A DNA stretch of 64,000 nt, taken from positions 70,251 through 134,250 of the forward strand of contig JAUNIS010000001.1 of the NCBI GenBank assembly GCA_030523325.1, in the 5' to 3' direction. This DNA is from Phascolarctobacterium sp. (GTDB taxonomy: Bacteria > Bacillota > Negativicutes > Acidaminococcales > Acidaminococcaceae). Below are positions 50,433-60,150 of this stretch, one piece after another; within the stretch, counting starts at the first letter, position 1, and the number at the start of each line of letters is the position of its first letter. The notes below the pieces were generated by a model. It had not been told where the DNA came from, did not search any database, and saw only the letters and a program-made list of their open reading frames with translations. A program made the translations under genes and the position numbers.

Positions 50433-52955
50433 TTACTTATGCTCCTTTTGAATGGCATGTTCAATACTTTCTTTAAATTGTTCCATGCCTTCAGTAATAC
50501 AGATATCCATATTCAGGATGTATAAAGGAATGTCACGTTTAGAATAGATAAATTCCGTAGGAATTTTTACTGCGTCCTTAGCGGTAGTAATAATAGCAAC
50601 AGCATTTTGATAATAGGCATGCTCGTTAATGTATTGCATCTCAACCATACCATAATCATGATGGTCAGGATAACGAACTGCTTCAACAATATTTACGCCA
50701 ATGCTACAAAGAGTTTGTTCAAAGCTTGACGGGTTACCAATGGCGGAGAAAACCATAACATTTTTATCCTTAAGAATCTCAAGTTCACGAGTATTTTCTG
50801 TAAAGCCCTTGTACCAATCAGCAATTTCTACATAATTTCTCGGATGATGGACGGATTCAACAACAGGAGCTCTATTGTTGAATTGAGCGATGGTATTGCG
50901 AAGCTGCATGCGACTAAGCTTAGAACTTTGGTCCGTCTTGGTGAGCAGGAACAAGTCACCGCGATTTAAATTTTTCAAAGGCTCACGCAAGGTACCGCGA
51001 GGCAGGACACAACCATTGCCAAACATATTCAGTGTATCAACGAGAACTACATCAAGATCACGTTCTAATTGCCAATGTTGATAGCCATCGTCCATGATGA
51101 TTACTTCAGCATGCAAATTTTTAACTGCATATTCGCCTGTGATAGCACGATTTTTACCAATGACAACAGGAATACCCGGCAAGGTTTTAGCCATTAAGTA
51201 AGCTTCATCACCAGCCTCATAAGCCGTCATAAAAATCTTTTGACCATCGGATACAACACCGATAGCTTTATTCCAATGAGAACGATAGCCACGATTCAAA
51301 ATTACAACCTTGTAACCAAGATGCTTAATGATTTGCGCCATCTTCTGAGCTGTAGGAGTTTTACCAGTGCCACCTACGGTAATATTACCGATAGAGATTA
51401 CGCAACAAGGAAGCTTATGTTTAGTCTTAATGCCCCACTGGTAAAGACTGAGCTTTGTTCTTACGCCAAAATCGTAGAGCCAAGAGATAACACGCAATAA
51501 ACCTAAGAGAAGCCAACCTCCCAAGGATAACTCAGGAGCATTTGCTACGGAATACAAATATTGGATAACTGCATCACCGTGACTTAATTGACCGCCTTCA
51601 TCGTTAAGGGTACGAATATTGATGGGATATTCAGCATATTCTTTAGAAGGAATTGCTGCGATATCCAGTAATTCTTTGAGATAATGAATACTGCGCACAT
51701 CCGCTCCACGATTTTCACGGATAATCTGCATGGATGCATCGCCCATTTCTTTTCTGCGTTTGTCATTAGAAAGAATGTCGATAATTTCCGAAGTTAATTC
51801 ATCGTTAGAACCAACCATCTTACAAGCTTTAACCTTTGAAAGCAACGCGTAAGACTCTTTAAAGTTTTGCATACTAGGACCAACTAAAATAGGTTTAGCA
51901 TGAGCAGCCGGCTCTAAAACGTTATGACCGCCGGTTCCCGAGAAGGAACCACCAACGAAAACAACATCTCCAATAGAATAAATGCGTCCTAATTCACCGA
52001 TGGTATCGATTAAAAGCACGGGGAAGGACTCGCGCTCACCAGTTTGCTCTTTCATTTTAGAACGAAAGCCAGTTGCAAAACCATAGCTAGCTGCAAGCTT
52101 AGCAATTTCATCGGCTCGAGCAACCTTACGAGGAGCGATGACCAATCTTGCGTTAGGATATTTTTTCGTAACAGCCTTGAAGGTTTTGAAAAGAATTTTT
52201 TCTTCGCCTGGATGAGTTGAACCGGCAACGATAACAGGATAGTCATGTTTAATGCCAAGTTCTTGATGATAAAGCTCTAAGTCTTCAGGAGTAACCTCCG
52301 CATATGTTTGGTCAAACTTAGTGTTACCTGTTACAAAAATTTTCTCGGGGTCAGCGCCCAGGGTTTTAATGTATTCGGCGTCAATAGATGACTGCATACA
52401 GAACCTTGTAACGGTGTTCAACATGTCTTCCCAAATGCCATACAAATAGCGATAGCTTTTTACAGATTTTTCGGAGATACGACCATTTACCATCATTACA
52501 GGAATGCGACGCTCGCGAATACTACGCAAAAAGTTCGGCCACAGCTCTGTTTCTACAGGCATGAAGACGCCCGGATGCACGCGCTTAACGATGCGTTCAG
52601 CGACGAAAGGCAAATCCAAGGGGAAGAAGATGATCGCATCCGCTTCGGGAATGATTTGCTTTGCCATATTGTAGCCACCAACTGTAAATGCAGAAACAAG
52701 CACGGGGCGTTCAGGCATTTCCTTACGGATTTGTTTTACCAAGGGACTGGTTGCAACAATTTCACCAACGGATGCGCCGTGAATCCAAACGCAATCCTTT
52801 TGGGCAACTTTGTCTAAAACATCGTCGTTAACAAAGCTAAGGCTTTCCTTAAAGCGTTCGCCAAATCCTTTTTCCGTAAATAATCTATAAGTATAATACG
52901 GAACAACGAAAACAAAAAATACACAAATAATTAAAATGTTATAGAGAATGTACAT
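50433..52955 (-). CDS. waaA/lpxK: Fusion protein: Kdo transferase (WaaA/KdtA, N-terminal ~430 aa) plus tetraacyldisaccharide 4'-kinase (LpxK, C-terminal ~390 aa)
   Basis: Single uninterrupted 840-aa ORF. WaaA motifs WIHGASVGE, ETELWPN. LpxK P-loop GNITVGGTGKTP and DDGYQH. Confidence 0.85.
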   Translation of the reverse strand: MYILYNILIICVFFVFVVPYYTYRLFTEKGFGERFKESLSFVNDDVLDKVAQKDCVWIHGASVGEIVATSPLVKQIRKEMPERPVLVSAFTVGGYNMAKQIIPEADAIIFFPLDLPFVAERIVKRVHPGVFMPVETELWPNFLRSIRERRIPVMMVNGRISEKSVKSYRYLYGIWEDMLNTVTRFCMQSSIDAEYIKTLGADPEKIFVTGNTKFDQTYAEVTPEDLELYHQELGIKHDYPVIVAGSTHPGEEKILFKTFKAVTKKYPNARLVIAPRKVARADEIAKLAASYGFATGFRSKMKEQTGERESFPVLLIDTIGELGRIYSIGDVVFVGGSFSGTGGHNVLEPAAHAKPILVGPSMQNFKESYALLSKVKACKMVGSNDELTSEIIDILSNDKRRKEMGDASMQIIRENRGADVRSIHYLKELLDIAAIPSKEYAEYPINIRTLNDEGGQLSHGDAVIQYLYSVANAPELSLGGWLLLGLLRVISWLYDFGVRTKLSLYQWGIKTKHKLPCCVISIGNITVGGTGKTPTAQKMAQIIKHLGYKVVILNRGYRSHWNKAIGVVSDGQKIFMTAYEAGDEAYLMAKTLPGIPVVIGKNRAITGEYAVKNLHAEVIIMDDGYQHWQLERDLDVVLVDTLNMFGNGCVLPRGTLREPLKNLNRGDLFLLTKTDQSSKLSRMQLRNTIAQFNNRAPVVESVHHPRNYVEIADWYKGFTENTRELEILKDKNVMVFSAIGNPSSFEQTLCSIGVNIVEAVRYPDHHDYGMVEMQYINEHAYYQNAVAIITTAKDAVKIPTEFIYSKRDIPLYILNMDICITEGMEQFKESIEHAIQKEHK

Positions 52956-52980
52956 TCATTAACCTCTTACTCGGTCCTCT

Positions 52981-54729
52981 TTAGGACTCAGTAGATTCTT
53001 CAGAATTTTTGGAGCTATACTGAATATTATAAAGATGAGCATAGAGACCGTCTTTTGCTAGCAGCTCATCATGATTACCGTCTTCAACAATTTGACCTTT
53101 TTCGAAAACCAAAATTCTATCAGCATTTTTTATGGTAGAAAGTCTGTGAGCAATTACGAAAGCAGTTCTCCCAACCATGAGACGATCGAGAGCTTCTTGT
53201 ACGATGCGTTCACTTTCCGTATCGAGAGCCGATGTAGCTTCGTCTAAAATTAAAATGCTGGGATTTTTTAAGATGGCACGAGCAATAGAAATACGTTGAC
53301 GTTGACCGCCAGAAATATTTACGCCTCTGTCACCTAAAAGAGTTTCGTACCCGTTGGGCAAATCTAAAATAAAATTATGAGCATTAGCTGCTTTAGCCGC
53401 AGCTTCGACCTCTTCTTTCGTCGCATCGAGACGACCAAAAAGAATATTATCGTAAACGGTACCGTTGAACAAAGAAGTTTCTTGTGGAACGATACCAACG
53501 TGCTCACGAAGAGATTCTAAGGTAAAGGCACGAATATCTTGTCCGTCAATTTTAATGGTACCGTTCGTAACATCATAGAAGCGAGGCAAAAGACTTGCAA
53601 TTGTAGTTTTGCCAGCACCTGACGGACCAACCAATGCAACAACCTGACCAGGAGCAATGTCAAAGGAAACATTGCTCAAAACTTTTTCGTCCTCGTTATA
53701 GCCAAAATCTACATTTTCAAAAGCAACTGCACCCTTGACCTCGGGCAAAACCTTAGCACCGGGTTCGTTATGAACAATTTCTGGCAAATCCATGACATCA
53801 AAAACACGTTGAGCAGCTGCCAAAGCTTTTTGAATGTTACCGATGATACGTCCAAGACGTTTGATAGGATTGGAAATATTTACTGCATATGTTAAGAATG
53901 CAACTAATGCACCAGCAGTTAATTCGCCATCGATTACTGCATTGCCTCCATACCAAAGAATAATGGTAACACCGCATGCCGCAATGAATTCTATGGTCGG
54001 AGTAAGAGTTGCTGCTTGCTTAACGTATTTAATATTAGCTGAAAAATTTCGTTCGTTTTCTACGTTAAAACGATTGATTTCGAAATCCTCTCTCACGAAG
54101 GATTTAATAACGCGGGGGTTGGAAACGGATTCTTGCAAAACAGAAGTAACATCCGCAGTAGCCTCTTGAATCTTCTTGCCGCTACGACGAATTCTTCGGC
54201 CAAAGACATCGATGAAAAGCACGATGCCAGGGAAGGTTGACATACAAATCAAGAAAAGTTTCCAATTCAAGTAAAGCATCATAACAATGGATGCCAAAAG
54301 AATAACGGATTCAGTAACAAGATCCACGACATTATCAACTAAGGCTTGCTGCATTGCTCCAACGTCATTGGTTACATAGCTCATAATCTCGCCGGTTTTA
54401 TTTTTGTCGAAGAAAGACATGCTTAATCTTTGAATTTTAGCGAAAACCTCGCCACGAATATCGATGATAACTCTTTGACCCACATAGTTCATCAAATAGT
54501 ATTGCATAAAAGCAGCCACACCACGAATAGCAAAGACTACGATGATGCTAATAACGATATAGCTTAACATGCTTGTATCTTTATTATTCAAAACCTGGTC
54601 AACCATATCCTTGATAATCCAAGGCAGATAAGCCGTGCCACCCGCAGCAATACCTGCGCAGAGCATAGCAAGTAATGCTCTTGCGATATATGGCTTCACA
54701 TAAGTTAAAGCTCTAAGATATAATTTCAT
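52981..54729 (-). CDS. msbA: Lipid A export ABC transporter (permease-ATPase fusion)
   Basis: About 582 aa. Six-TM domain plus GPSGAGKTT, ISGGQRQRISIARA, LILDEATSALD. ATG at 54729 overlaps the lpxB stop (ATGA). Confidence 0.85.
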   Translation of the reverse strand: MKLYLRALTYVKPYIARALLAMLCAGIAAGGTAYLPWIIKDMVDQVLNNKDTSMLSYIVISIIVVFAIRGVAAFMQYYLMNYVGQRVIIDIRGEVFAKIQRLSMSFFDKNKTGEIMSYVTNDVGAMQQALVDNVVDLVTESVILLASIVMMLYLNWKLFLICMSTFPGIVLFIDVFGRRIRRSGKKIQEATADVTSVLQESVSNPRVIKSFVREDFEINRFNVENERNFSANIKYVKQAATLTPTIEFIAACGVTIILWYGGNAVIDGELTAGALVAFLTYAVNISNPIKRLGRIIGNIQKALAAAQRVFDVMDLPEIVHNEPGAKVLPEVKGAVAFENVDFGYNEDEKVLSNVSFDIAPGQVVALVGPSGAGKTTIASLLPRFYDVTNGTIKIDGQDIRAFTLESLREHVGIVPQETSLFNGTVYDNILFGRLDATKEEVEAAAKAANAHNFILDLPNGYETLLGDRGVNISGGQRQRISIARAILKNPSILILDEATSALDTESERIVQEALDRLMVGRTAFVIAHRLSTIKNADRILVFEKGQIVEDGNHDELLAKDGLYAHLYNIQYSSKNSEESTES

Positions 54730-55934
54730 TTTTTCTCCTTGGCAAAATACATGACGGTTTCGAGTAATAGTCCTGCCCAAGTAATCTTGGGCTTGTGATT
54801 TTTAGAGCCCTGAGCATGTTTTAAAGCAAGCTCTGCGACTCTTTTAACCGCACCCTTTTCACCTAATCTTGCTTTGACTTCCGCAAGATCTTCATGCATT
54901 TTTTTATTTCGATGGGGCTCTAGAAGTTTTTCAACATTAAGAGCAGTATTCTCTGGGGTAAATGCGTCTTGAATAAGTTCGGGCAGAACTTCTCTATCGG
55001 CGATGATGTTTGGCAAGCTGATAAGAGGAATTTTTACAACGAGCTTAGCGATGTTGTAAAAGATGGGGTCCGTCTTATAAACGATGACGGAGCCTAAATC
55101 ACACAATGCAGCCTCAAGAGTTACAGTACCACTTTTTGCTACAGCGATATCTGCAACACTGAAAAGGTCATAGTTATGCCCTTCGATAAGTTTAATCTCA
55201 AGACCGGACTCCTTGATGCTTTTTTCTAAAACATCTTTAGAAATTGTTTTAGCTTTAGGCATAGCAAAATCCACGTCCGGCATTTTTTCTTTGATGAGCT
55301 GAGCCGTCTTGATGAAGATGGGCAACATATTATTTATTTCTTTTGGGCGTGAACCTGGCATTAAAACGACAAGACGATGACCTGCTCTTTTGCCAACCCA
55401 AGACTCGGCTTCAGTGCGAGACATTGTTGGGTGAACAATGTCTAAAAGTGGATGACCGACGAATTCTACATTGGCACCGGCTGCTAAATAAACATCTCGT
55501 TCAAAAGGAAAAATTGAGGCAACAACGTCGATAAATTTAGAAACCTTTTTGGCTCTATCTTTTTTCCACGCCCAAGCTGAGGGAGCGATAAAGGAAACAA
55601 CCGGGATACCCTTTCTTTGACAAACCTTGGCTAATTCCATGTTGAAGCCTGGATAATCGATGGTGATTAAACAGTCGGGCTTGCGTTCATCGATAACGCG
55701 GACGAAGTCACACATAAGCTTGATAATGCTCGGCAGCTTTTTGATAACGGGGAGCAAGCCCATAACACTATGGTCCTTAATATCAAAAAGCACCTCGCCC
55801 CCGGCCTTTCGCAAAGCATCACCACCCATGCCAAAAACCTCGGCATCTTTATCCAATTGCTTTATCGCTTCGGTTACGGCTCCAGCGTGAAGATCGCCAG
55901 AAGCTTCGCCTGCAGAAATTAGTATTTTTGTCAT
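54726..55934 (-). CDS. lpxB: Lipid-A-disaccharide synthase
   Basis: 402 aa. MTKILISAGEASGDLHAG start is typical of LpxB. Confidence 0.85.
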   Translation of the reverse strand: MTKILISAGEASGDLHAGAVTEAIKQLDKDAEVFGMGGDALRKAGGEVLFDIKDHSVMGLLPVIKKLPSIIKLMCDFVRVIDERKPDCLITIDYPGFNMELAKVCQRKGIPVVSFIAPSAWAWKKDRAKKVSKFIDVVASIFPFERDVYLAAGANVEFVGHPLLDIVHPTMSRTEAESWVGKRAGHRLVVLMPGSRPKEINNMLPIFIKTAQLIKEKMPDVDFAMPKAKTISKDVLEKSIKESGLEIKLIEGHNYDLFSVADIAVAKSGTVTLEAALCDLGSVIVYKTDPIFYNIAKLVVKIPLISLPNIIADREVLPELIQDAFTPENTALNVEKLLEPHRNKKMHEDLAEVKARLGEKGAVKRVAELALKHAQGSKNHKPKITWAGLLLETVMYFAKEKK

Positions 55935-56000
55935 TATATCTCCTAAGTATGTCTAAAAAGGGCATAGTTAACCTAATACCTACACATACTCATTTTATAT

Positions 56001-56039
56001 TATAACACAAAAGCGACTGACATGAAAATGTCAGTCGCT
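56001..56039 (-). terminator. Terminator after lpxI
   Basis: Minus strand AGCGACTGACA-TTTTCA-TGTCAGTCGCT followed by TTTGTGTT. Confidence 0.65.
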
Positions 56040-56062
56040 ATCTTTGACGATTTTTTTGAAAA

Positions 56063-56869
56063 TTATTTGACCAAAATAGTGATATTGTGTTTCTCTGCTA
56101 ATGCAAGTGTCTTCTCTCGCTCGACAATGAGAGCCCCACCAGCTTCGATAATAATACCAGTTGCTCCTGCGTGAATCATTGATTCAACTGTTTTGGTTCC
56201 AAAACCAGGAATATCAAAACGTTGGTCTTGGCTTGGCTTAGCAGTCTTCGCGACGATGACATTGCCCTTGCCTAGATAACCGCCACGCAAAATGCAAGCG
56301 TCAGTTCCCTCGATAGCCTCGACTGCCATCACCGCTTGGTTTTTTACCACAACAGTTTGACCGATGTCGAGTCCCCCAATCGCTTTTGCCATTTTGAAAC
56401 CAAATTCCATATCAGCAAGCTCTTGTGCCGTCGGTTTTCTTTTTGTCAAAACACCCGGCTTAGGCAAAAGCGGTTTGATTAATAAAGTTTGGTCCATTAC
56501 CTCGATGCCATTTGCCTCAAGCTCAGCGCAAATTGCATTCATAATTGTATCGTCCTTGCGGTCGGGAAGAGTCGCCAAAATTTTTAGAGCAGTTAAATCG
56601 GGAACGATTGCTCCGACTTTATAGAGAACTTCCTTGGTAACCTTGCCAATCATAGTTACCTTCGTAACGTTATGCTTTTTAAGAGTGGAAATAATTTTCC
56701 CCACTCTGCCGACGTTAATATCGTAGTAAATATCCACGCTGCCCGGCAATTCTTCATCAACACCAGGAATAAGACCAACGGCTACAACTTTATATCCCAA
56801 TTCTTTAGCCGACAAGGCAACTTCCACGGGCAAATGACCGACTCCAGAAAGGATGGCTAATACTTCCAT
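56063..56869 (-). CDS. lpxI: UDP-2,3-diacylglucosamine hydrolase, LpxI (DUF1009) type
   Basis: 268 aa with LDIGQTVVV and AVEAIEGTDACI. Position between lpxA and lpxB. Confidence 0.75.
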   Translation of the reverse strand: MEVLAILSGVGHLPVEVALSAKELGYKVVAVGLIPGVDEELPGSVDIYYDINVGRVGKIISTLKKHNVTKVTMIGKVTKEVLYKVGAIVPDLTALKILATLPDRKDDTIMNAICAELEANGIEVMDQTLLIKPLLPKPGVLTKRKPTAQELADMEFGFKMAKAIGGLDIGQTVVVKNQAVMAVEAIEGTDACILRGGYLGKGNVIVAKTAKPSQDQRFDIPGFGTKTVESMIHAGATGIIIEAGGALIVEREKTLALAEKHNITILVK

Positions 56870-56886
56870 ATAATTACACCGTCCTA

Positions 56887-57708
56887 TTAATCTTCTTTGG
56901 AACCTTTTTTGCGCGGACGAATAATTCCACGTTCAACACCTTTTAAGAAATCAATCATATGCTGAACTGGTTCGGACAACTCGAGATTTTTTTCCATAGA
57001 CTCTATTGCTTCAGGCAAAGACAGATCCATTCTATAAATCATGCGGAAAGCTTTTTTTAAATTACTCTTAACATCATCGGGAAGACCGGCTCTTGTCATG
57101 CCAACAATATTGAGTCCAACAACGAAAGCTGGATCGCCTGCGATTAAAGTATAAGGCGGAATATCTTGACGAACCGCTGCCATGCCTCCGACCATTGCGT
57201 TGCGACCAATTTTTGTGAACTGATGAACAGCAGTAAGTCCGCCGATAATCGCACGGTCTTCCACGATTACATGACCAGCCAGGGTGGCAACGTTGGACAT
57301 GATTACATCATTGCCAACGATACAGTTATGCGCTACGTGAGTATAAGCCATCATTAACATATTGTTGCCGATAACAGTGTTTTGTCCTTCGCCACAGCCA
57401 CGATTAACCGTGCAACATTCACGGAAAGTACAATTATCGCCAATAATAGTGTGAGTAACCTCGCCTTTAAATTTTAAATCCTGAGGAATACCTCCGATAG
57501 CACAGCCAGGATGAAGCTTGCAATTTTTACCGAGAGTTGTATATTGATGTACGGTTGCATGAGCACCAATGATACAACCATCGCCAATAACAGTATCCGC
57601 ATCAATTACAGCATAAGGACCTACGCTAACGTCCTTGCCTAAGATTGCTGTCGGATCAATTATAGCAGTTGGATGAATACCACTGCTTGGCATTAAGATA
57701 GAGCCCAT
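56887..57708 (-). CDS. lpxA: Acyl-ACP:UDP-GlcNAc O-acyltransferase
   Basis: [25 protein letters not shown] hexapeptide repeats and a helical C-terminal domain. ATG at 57708 preferred to GTG at 57717. Confidence 0.9.
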   Translation of the reverse strand: MGSILMPSSGIHPTAIIDPTAILGKDVSVGPYAVIDADTVIGDGCIIGAHATVHQYTTLGKNCKLHPGCAIGGIPQDLKFKGEVTHTIIGDNCTFRECCTVNRGCGEGQNTVIGNNMLMMAYTHVAHNCIVGNDVIMSNVATLAGHVIVEDRAIIGGLTAVHQFTKIGRNAMVGGMAAVRQDIPPYTLIAGDPAFVVGLNIVGMTRAGLPDDVKSNLKKAFRMIYRMDLSLPEAIESMEKNLELSEPVQHMIDFLKGVERGIIRPRKKGSKED

Positions 57709-57796
57709 CTCTTTCACTCCCTGAAAATTTATTTTAAGTCAAATTAATTATGTGATTATGTGACTAAACTAATTACTATAATCCTATAATCACATT

Positions 57797-57842
57797 CAAA
57801 AACAAAAATTATCCCCCTAAATTCACTCATTTAGGGGGATAA
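57797..57842 (-). terminator. Terminator after fabZ, inside the LPS cluster
   Basis: Minus strand TTATCCCCCTAAA-loop-TTTAGGGGGATAA followed by TTTTTGTTTTT. Lies in a 208-bp AT-rich gap. Confidence 0.7.
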
Positions 57843-57925
57843 TTTTTATTTTTTTAATTTTTCCTTTAAATATCTATCAATTTCGACTGAAATCTAATTA
57901 ATTCAGAAAAAATTCAGATTTATTT

Positions 57926-58369
57926 TTAAGCTTTTGGCTCTACAAGGGCAAAGGTGCATTCGCATTCACAAGCAATTTCTCCATCAACCTTGCCAACACA
58001 AGATACTACACCCATGGTGCCTCTGATTTTAGTAATGTCGGCTCTTGTAACAAGTTGGTCGCCAGGTCCCAATTGACGGCGGAAACGAGCGTTATTAATT
58101 TTTGCGAAAACAACAATCTTGCCGCGATTTTCAGCCTTACACAAAAGGGAAATGCCTCCAACCTGTGCCATTGCCTCGATTAAAAGAACGCCGGGCATGA
58201 TTGGTTCGTTAGGGAAGTGACCCAAGAATTGAATTTCGGATGCAGTAATGTTTTTAACACCAACAGCATATTTCATTGGTTCGAGTTCGATAATTTTGTC
58301 AACCAAAAGTAACGGAAAGCGATGGGGTAAAATTTTTTTAATTTGGTTAATGTCTAAAATGGTCTTCAT
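57926..58369 (-). CDS. fabZ: 3-hydroxyacyl-ACP dehydratase
   Basis: 147 aa with LPHRFPLLLVD and HFPNEPIMPGVLLIEAMAQ. Confidence 0.95.
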   Translation of the reverse strand: MKTILDINQIKKILPHRFPLLLVDKIIELEPMKYAVGVKNITASEIQFLGHFPNEPIMPGVLLIEAMAQVGGISLLCKAENRGKIVVFAKINNARFRRQLGPGDQLVTRADITKIRGTMGVVSCVGKVDGEIACECECTFALVEPKA

Positions 58370-58381
58370 GGAAAGCCCTCC

Positions 58382-59224
58382 TCATTTATTTTTTCTATAT
58401 GCTTGAACTTGTTTTGCGATATTTGCATTAAATGCATGACCAGTCTTTACTGCAACTACGTGAGCCTTAATCGGTCCAAGAAGATATAAGTCGCCGATGC
58501 AGTCGAGAATTTTATGACGAATAAGTTCATTGTCGAAGCGTTGCACCGATAAAACTGTATCCTTGTCAAAGACGACGCAATTTTCTAAACTGCCTCCGAG
58601 CCCGAGACCAAGCTTACGCAGCATCTCAAGTTCATGAGTGAAGGCAACCGTACGAGCGGCCATGATTTCTTTTTGAAAATTTTCTTTATTTAACAGGATA
58701 TCAAAGTATTGGGTGCCCAACATAGGATGTTCATTAATTGATGTAAAGGAAATGCGATAGCCGTCGTAGGGATGAATGAAAATATAGCGGTCTCCGTCGT
58801 AAAAGGAAAAAGTTTTATCGAGAGCATAAACCTTTCGTTCAGCATCTTGCTTAACGCTGCCGGCTTCTTCCAATATCTCACAGAAAACCTTAGCACTGCC
58901 ATCGGTAACAGGAGGCTCGGGACTGGACATCTCGATAATAATGTTATCAATCGCCATCATAGAGAGAGCAGCCATAAGATGTTCAACCGTAAATACTTCA
59001 GCACCATTCGCACTTAAAGTAGTTGCTTTAATCGTAGAGCTAACATTTTCGGGACAAGCTTTAATTTCCGGACGGCTTTCTAAATCGGTGCGCACGAAAA
59101 CAATGCCTGTATCAGGAGCAGCCGGTTTCACAGTCATGACTACATCCTTGCCAGAATGTAAGCCAATGCCGGAATAGGTTACTTCTTTTGCAACTGTATG
59201 TTGAAATTCTTTTACATCACACAT
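58382..59224 (-). CDS. lpxC: UDP-3-O-acyl-GlcNAc deacetylase
   Basis: QHTVAKEVTYSGIGLHSG start, HELEMLR and H-x-FN motifs. ATG at 59224 (GAGG upstream). The longer track ORF would overlap the upstream gene. Confidence 0.9.
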   Translation of the reverse strand: MCDVKEFQHTVAKEVTYSGIGLHSGKDVVMTVKPAAPDTGIVFVRTDLESRPEIKACPENVSSTIKATTLSANGAEVFTVEHLMAALSMMAIDNIIIEMSSPEPPVTDGSAKVFCEILEEAGSVKQDAERKVYALDKTFSFYDGDRYIFIHPYDGYRISFTSINEHPMLGTQYFDILLNKENFQKEIMAARTVAFTHELEMLRKLGLGLGGSLENCVVFDKDTVLSVQRFDNELIRHKILDCIGDLYLLGPIKAHVVAVKTGHAFNANIAKQVQAYRKNK

Positions 59225-59244
59225 AATACTTAACCTCAAATAAT

Positions 59245-60138
59245 TTAATGTTTTTTCGGTCCATACTTTTCTCGTCCGTCCTTCCAACGGTCGTGTGCCC
59301 AGAACCACATCTCTGGGGATTCAATGATTTCATGTTCAAGTACAGTAATTAATTTTCTTGTAATATCGTAGAAATCTTTTTCTTTATCTTTTGTTTTTGC
59401 GGTAAAAAGAGGCGGATAAATTTTTGCCGTACAGGTTCCGTCTGCATTATTGTGCAAAAAAATCGGCAGGATTGGTGAACCGTGCATACGACTTAAGGCT
59501 GCTGCGCCCATAGGTACTACAGAAGCCTTACCGAAAATATCACAATGAATACCGTCGGCATTTGTATCTTGATCATAAAGCACGCCTAAAAGATTTTTAT
59601 CCTTGAGCATACGGCTGATAGCCAAGATTTCGTGACCGCCTTGATTATAGGTAACCTTTTGCCCAACCATTTGTCGAAACTCGTTGATAAGCTTATCCAT
59701 GGCCCCATTATTTTGCTTACGGGTGATGGATAACATAGGATAGCCTAAAAGTGCAACGGTCGCACCTAAAAGTTCCCAGTTACCATAGTGTCCCGTACAC
59801 ATAATAACGCCCTTGTCCATCTTGTAGGCTTCGGATAGATATTCTAGTCCCTCAACCTTCACAAGCTCGTGTATATTATTTTGATGCAGCAAAGGGAAGC
59901 GTAAAACCTCCACAACCATTCTGCCAAAGCGTTTGAGACTTGCTTCGTAAATCTCCTTGGCTCTAGTTTCGTTTACTCCTAAACAATCTTGAATATTGTC
60001 AATACCCATTTTCTCGCGCCAAGCCGGAGCGAAAACAATTGCCAAAGAGCCAAGCATATTAGCAAAAGAATTACAAAACCATTTAGGAGCGATGCACAAA
60101 AGCTTGCTGAAAAATTTTATTGCGTAATATCCTAACAA
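59245..60138 (-). CDS. Lipid A late acyltransferase family (LpxL/HtrB-like), copy 2
   Basis: 297 aa with CTGHYGNWEL box and a C-terminal WFWAHDRWK, like copy 1 (WIWFQHRWN). Confidence 0.7.
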   Translation of the reverse strand: MLGYYAIKFFSKLLCIAPKWFCNSFANMLGSLAIVFAPAWREKMGIDNIQDCLGVNETRAKEIYEASLKRFGRMVVEVLRFPLLHQNNIHELVKVEGLEYLSEAYKMDKGVIMCTGHYGNWELLGATVALLGYPMLSITRKQNNGAMDKLINEFRQMVGQKVTYNQGGHEILAISRMLKDKNLLGVLYDQDTNADGIHCDIFGKASVVPMGAAALSRMHGSPILPIFLHNNADGTCTAKIYPPLFTAKTKDKEKDFYDITRKLITVLEHEIIESPEMWFWAHDRWKDGREKYGPKKH

Positions 60139-60150
60139 AGGTGCACTTCC

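Noticed and set aside
57718-57925. A small gene or ncRNA in the 208-bp AT-rich fabZ-lpxA gap
   Set aside because: There is no ORF with an RBS. The only strong structure is the fabZ terminator hairpin, and the rest looks like promoter-type AT-rich DNA.
58382-59308. N-terminally extended ORF calls in the track (lpxC 308 aa; also kdsB, msbA, lpxL-like, ridA, lpxA, the SBP and others)
   Set aside because: The extensions overlap the upstream gene or lack an RBS. Internal ATGs with GGAGG-type sites and canonical family N-termini were used instead. The exact starts remain unverified.
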